Source: Clostridia bacterium
GTDB lineage: Bacteria; Bacillota; Clostridia; Oscillospirales; Acutalibacteraceae
NCBI GenBank assembly: GCA_017436915.1
Contig: JAFSCE010000013.1
Span: 16,028 to 48,027 of the forward strand
Direction of reading: 5' to 3'
Length of the DNA stretch: 32,000 bases
A program made the position numbers and the translations under genes. This document shows positions 31,809 through 32,000 of this stretch, piece after piece. Within the stretch, counting starts at the first letter, position 1; each line of letters starts with the position of its first letter. Below the pieces are notes generated by a model that searched no databases, had not been told where the DNA came from, and worked only from the letters and a program-made list of their open reading frames with translations.

Positions 31809-32000
31809 TTATTGTTCGTTTAGCAGTTGCCTGACCATTCCTTCCGGGTCGTTTAGAAACCGTTTGGTGACGAGATAATGATCGGTGTTTCGATAATCGA
31901 CCTGACGGATGCCATCGGAGGAAAATTCATATACTGTTGCTCTGGGGAACGCCATCAGTAATGGAGAGTGGGTGGCGATGATAAACTGTGAGTTTTTCTC
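31809..32000 (-). CDS. 3' end (63 codons) of a P-loop ATPase gene, truncated by the window edge (COG3910-like AAA ATPase; assigned from memory)
   Basis: Hand translation of the - strand gives EKNSQFIIATHSPLLMAFPRATVYEFSSDGIRQVDYRNTDHYLVTKRFLNDPEGMVRQLLNEQ, then a stop (TAA, 31811-31809). FIIATHSPLL is the H-loop/D-loop region typical of SMC/ABC-like ATPases. Confidence 0.55.
   Translation of the reverse strand, partial: EKNSQFIIATHSPLLMAFPRATVYEFSSDGIRQVDYRNTDHYLVTKRFLNDPEGMVRQLLNEQ

Noticed and set aside
1-32000. Looked for CRISPR arrays, transposase or integrase genes, IS inverted repeats, rRNA, toxin-antitoxin pairs, reverse transcriptase (retron/DGR) and known defence genes.
   Set aside because: I saw no regularly spaced direct repeats and no ORF with the corresponding catalytic motifs. 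The only mobile-DNA hints are the tRNA-Ser-adjacent scar and the AT-rich XRE islet reported above.

Overview
This 32-kb segment reads like core chromosome of a strictly anaerobic Gram-positive bacterium. The Clostridia-like assignment is an inference from gene content, GGAGG-type ribosome-binding sites, TTGACA-17-TATAAT promoters and CCA-encoded tRNAs. It is gene-dense, with about 27 protein genes and 2 tRNA-Ser genes, and mostly housekeeping. In order: pcrA helicase; a two-gene membrane module of a Na+-translocating decarboxylase (OadG-like plus beta subunit) with no catalytic partner nearby; archaeal-type cofactor-independent phosphoglycerate mutase; a five-gene electron-bifurcating [FeFe]-hydrogenase operon (hydC, GHKL ATPase, 2Fe-2S ferredoxin, hydB, hydA) in which hydC is broken by a 1-nt frameshift; an MFS transporter; phosphoglucomutase; a YtrA-type GntR / ABC ATPase / 708-aa membrane protein module; tatD; metG; an RluA-family pseudouridine synthase coupled to luxS; an M23/G5 peptidase; a small membrane protein; nth; rarA; potABCD behind a roughly 210-nt structured leader; a HAD phosphatase; tRNA-Ser(UGA) and tRNA-Ser(GCU). 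The right end holds a GC-rich palindromic spacer with a degenerate copy of the 3' half of tRNA-Ser(GCU), an AT-rich XRE-family gene that looks frameshifted, and the 3' end of a convergent ATPase gene. I saw no CRISPR array, transposase, integrase, rRNA, or recognisable defence or toxin gene. I did not find a clear-cut novel multi-gene system. The best candidates for unexplored biology are the YtrA-ABC-membrane module, the pot leader RNA, the scar next to tRNA-Ser, and the orphan GHKL ATPase inside the hyd operon. All calls rest on by-eye motif recognition and hand translation; no searches or folding programs were run.
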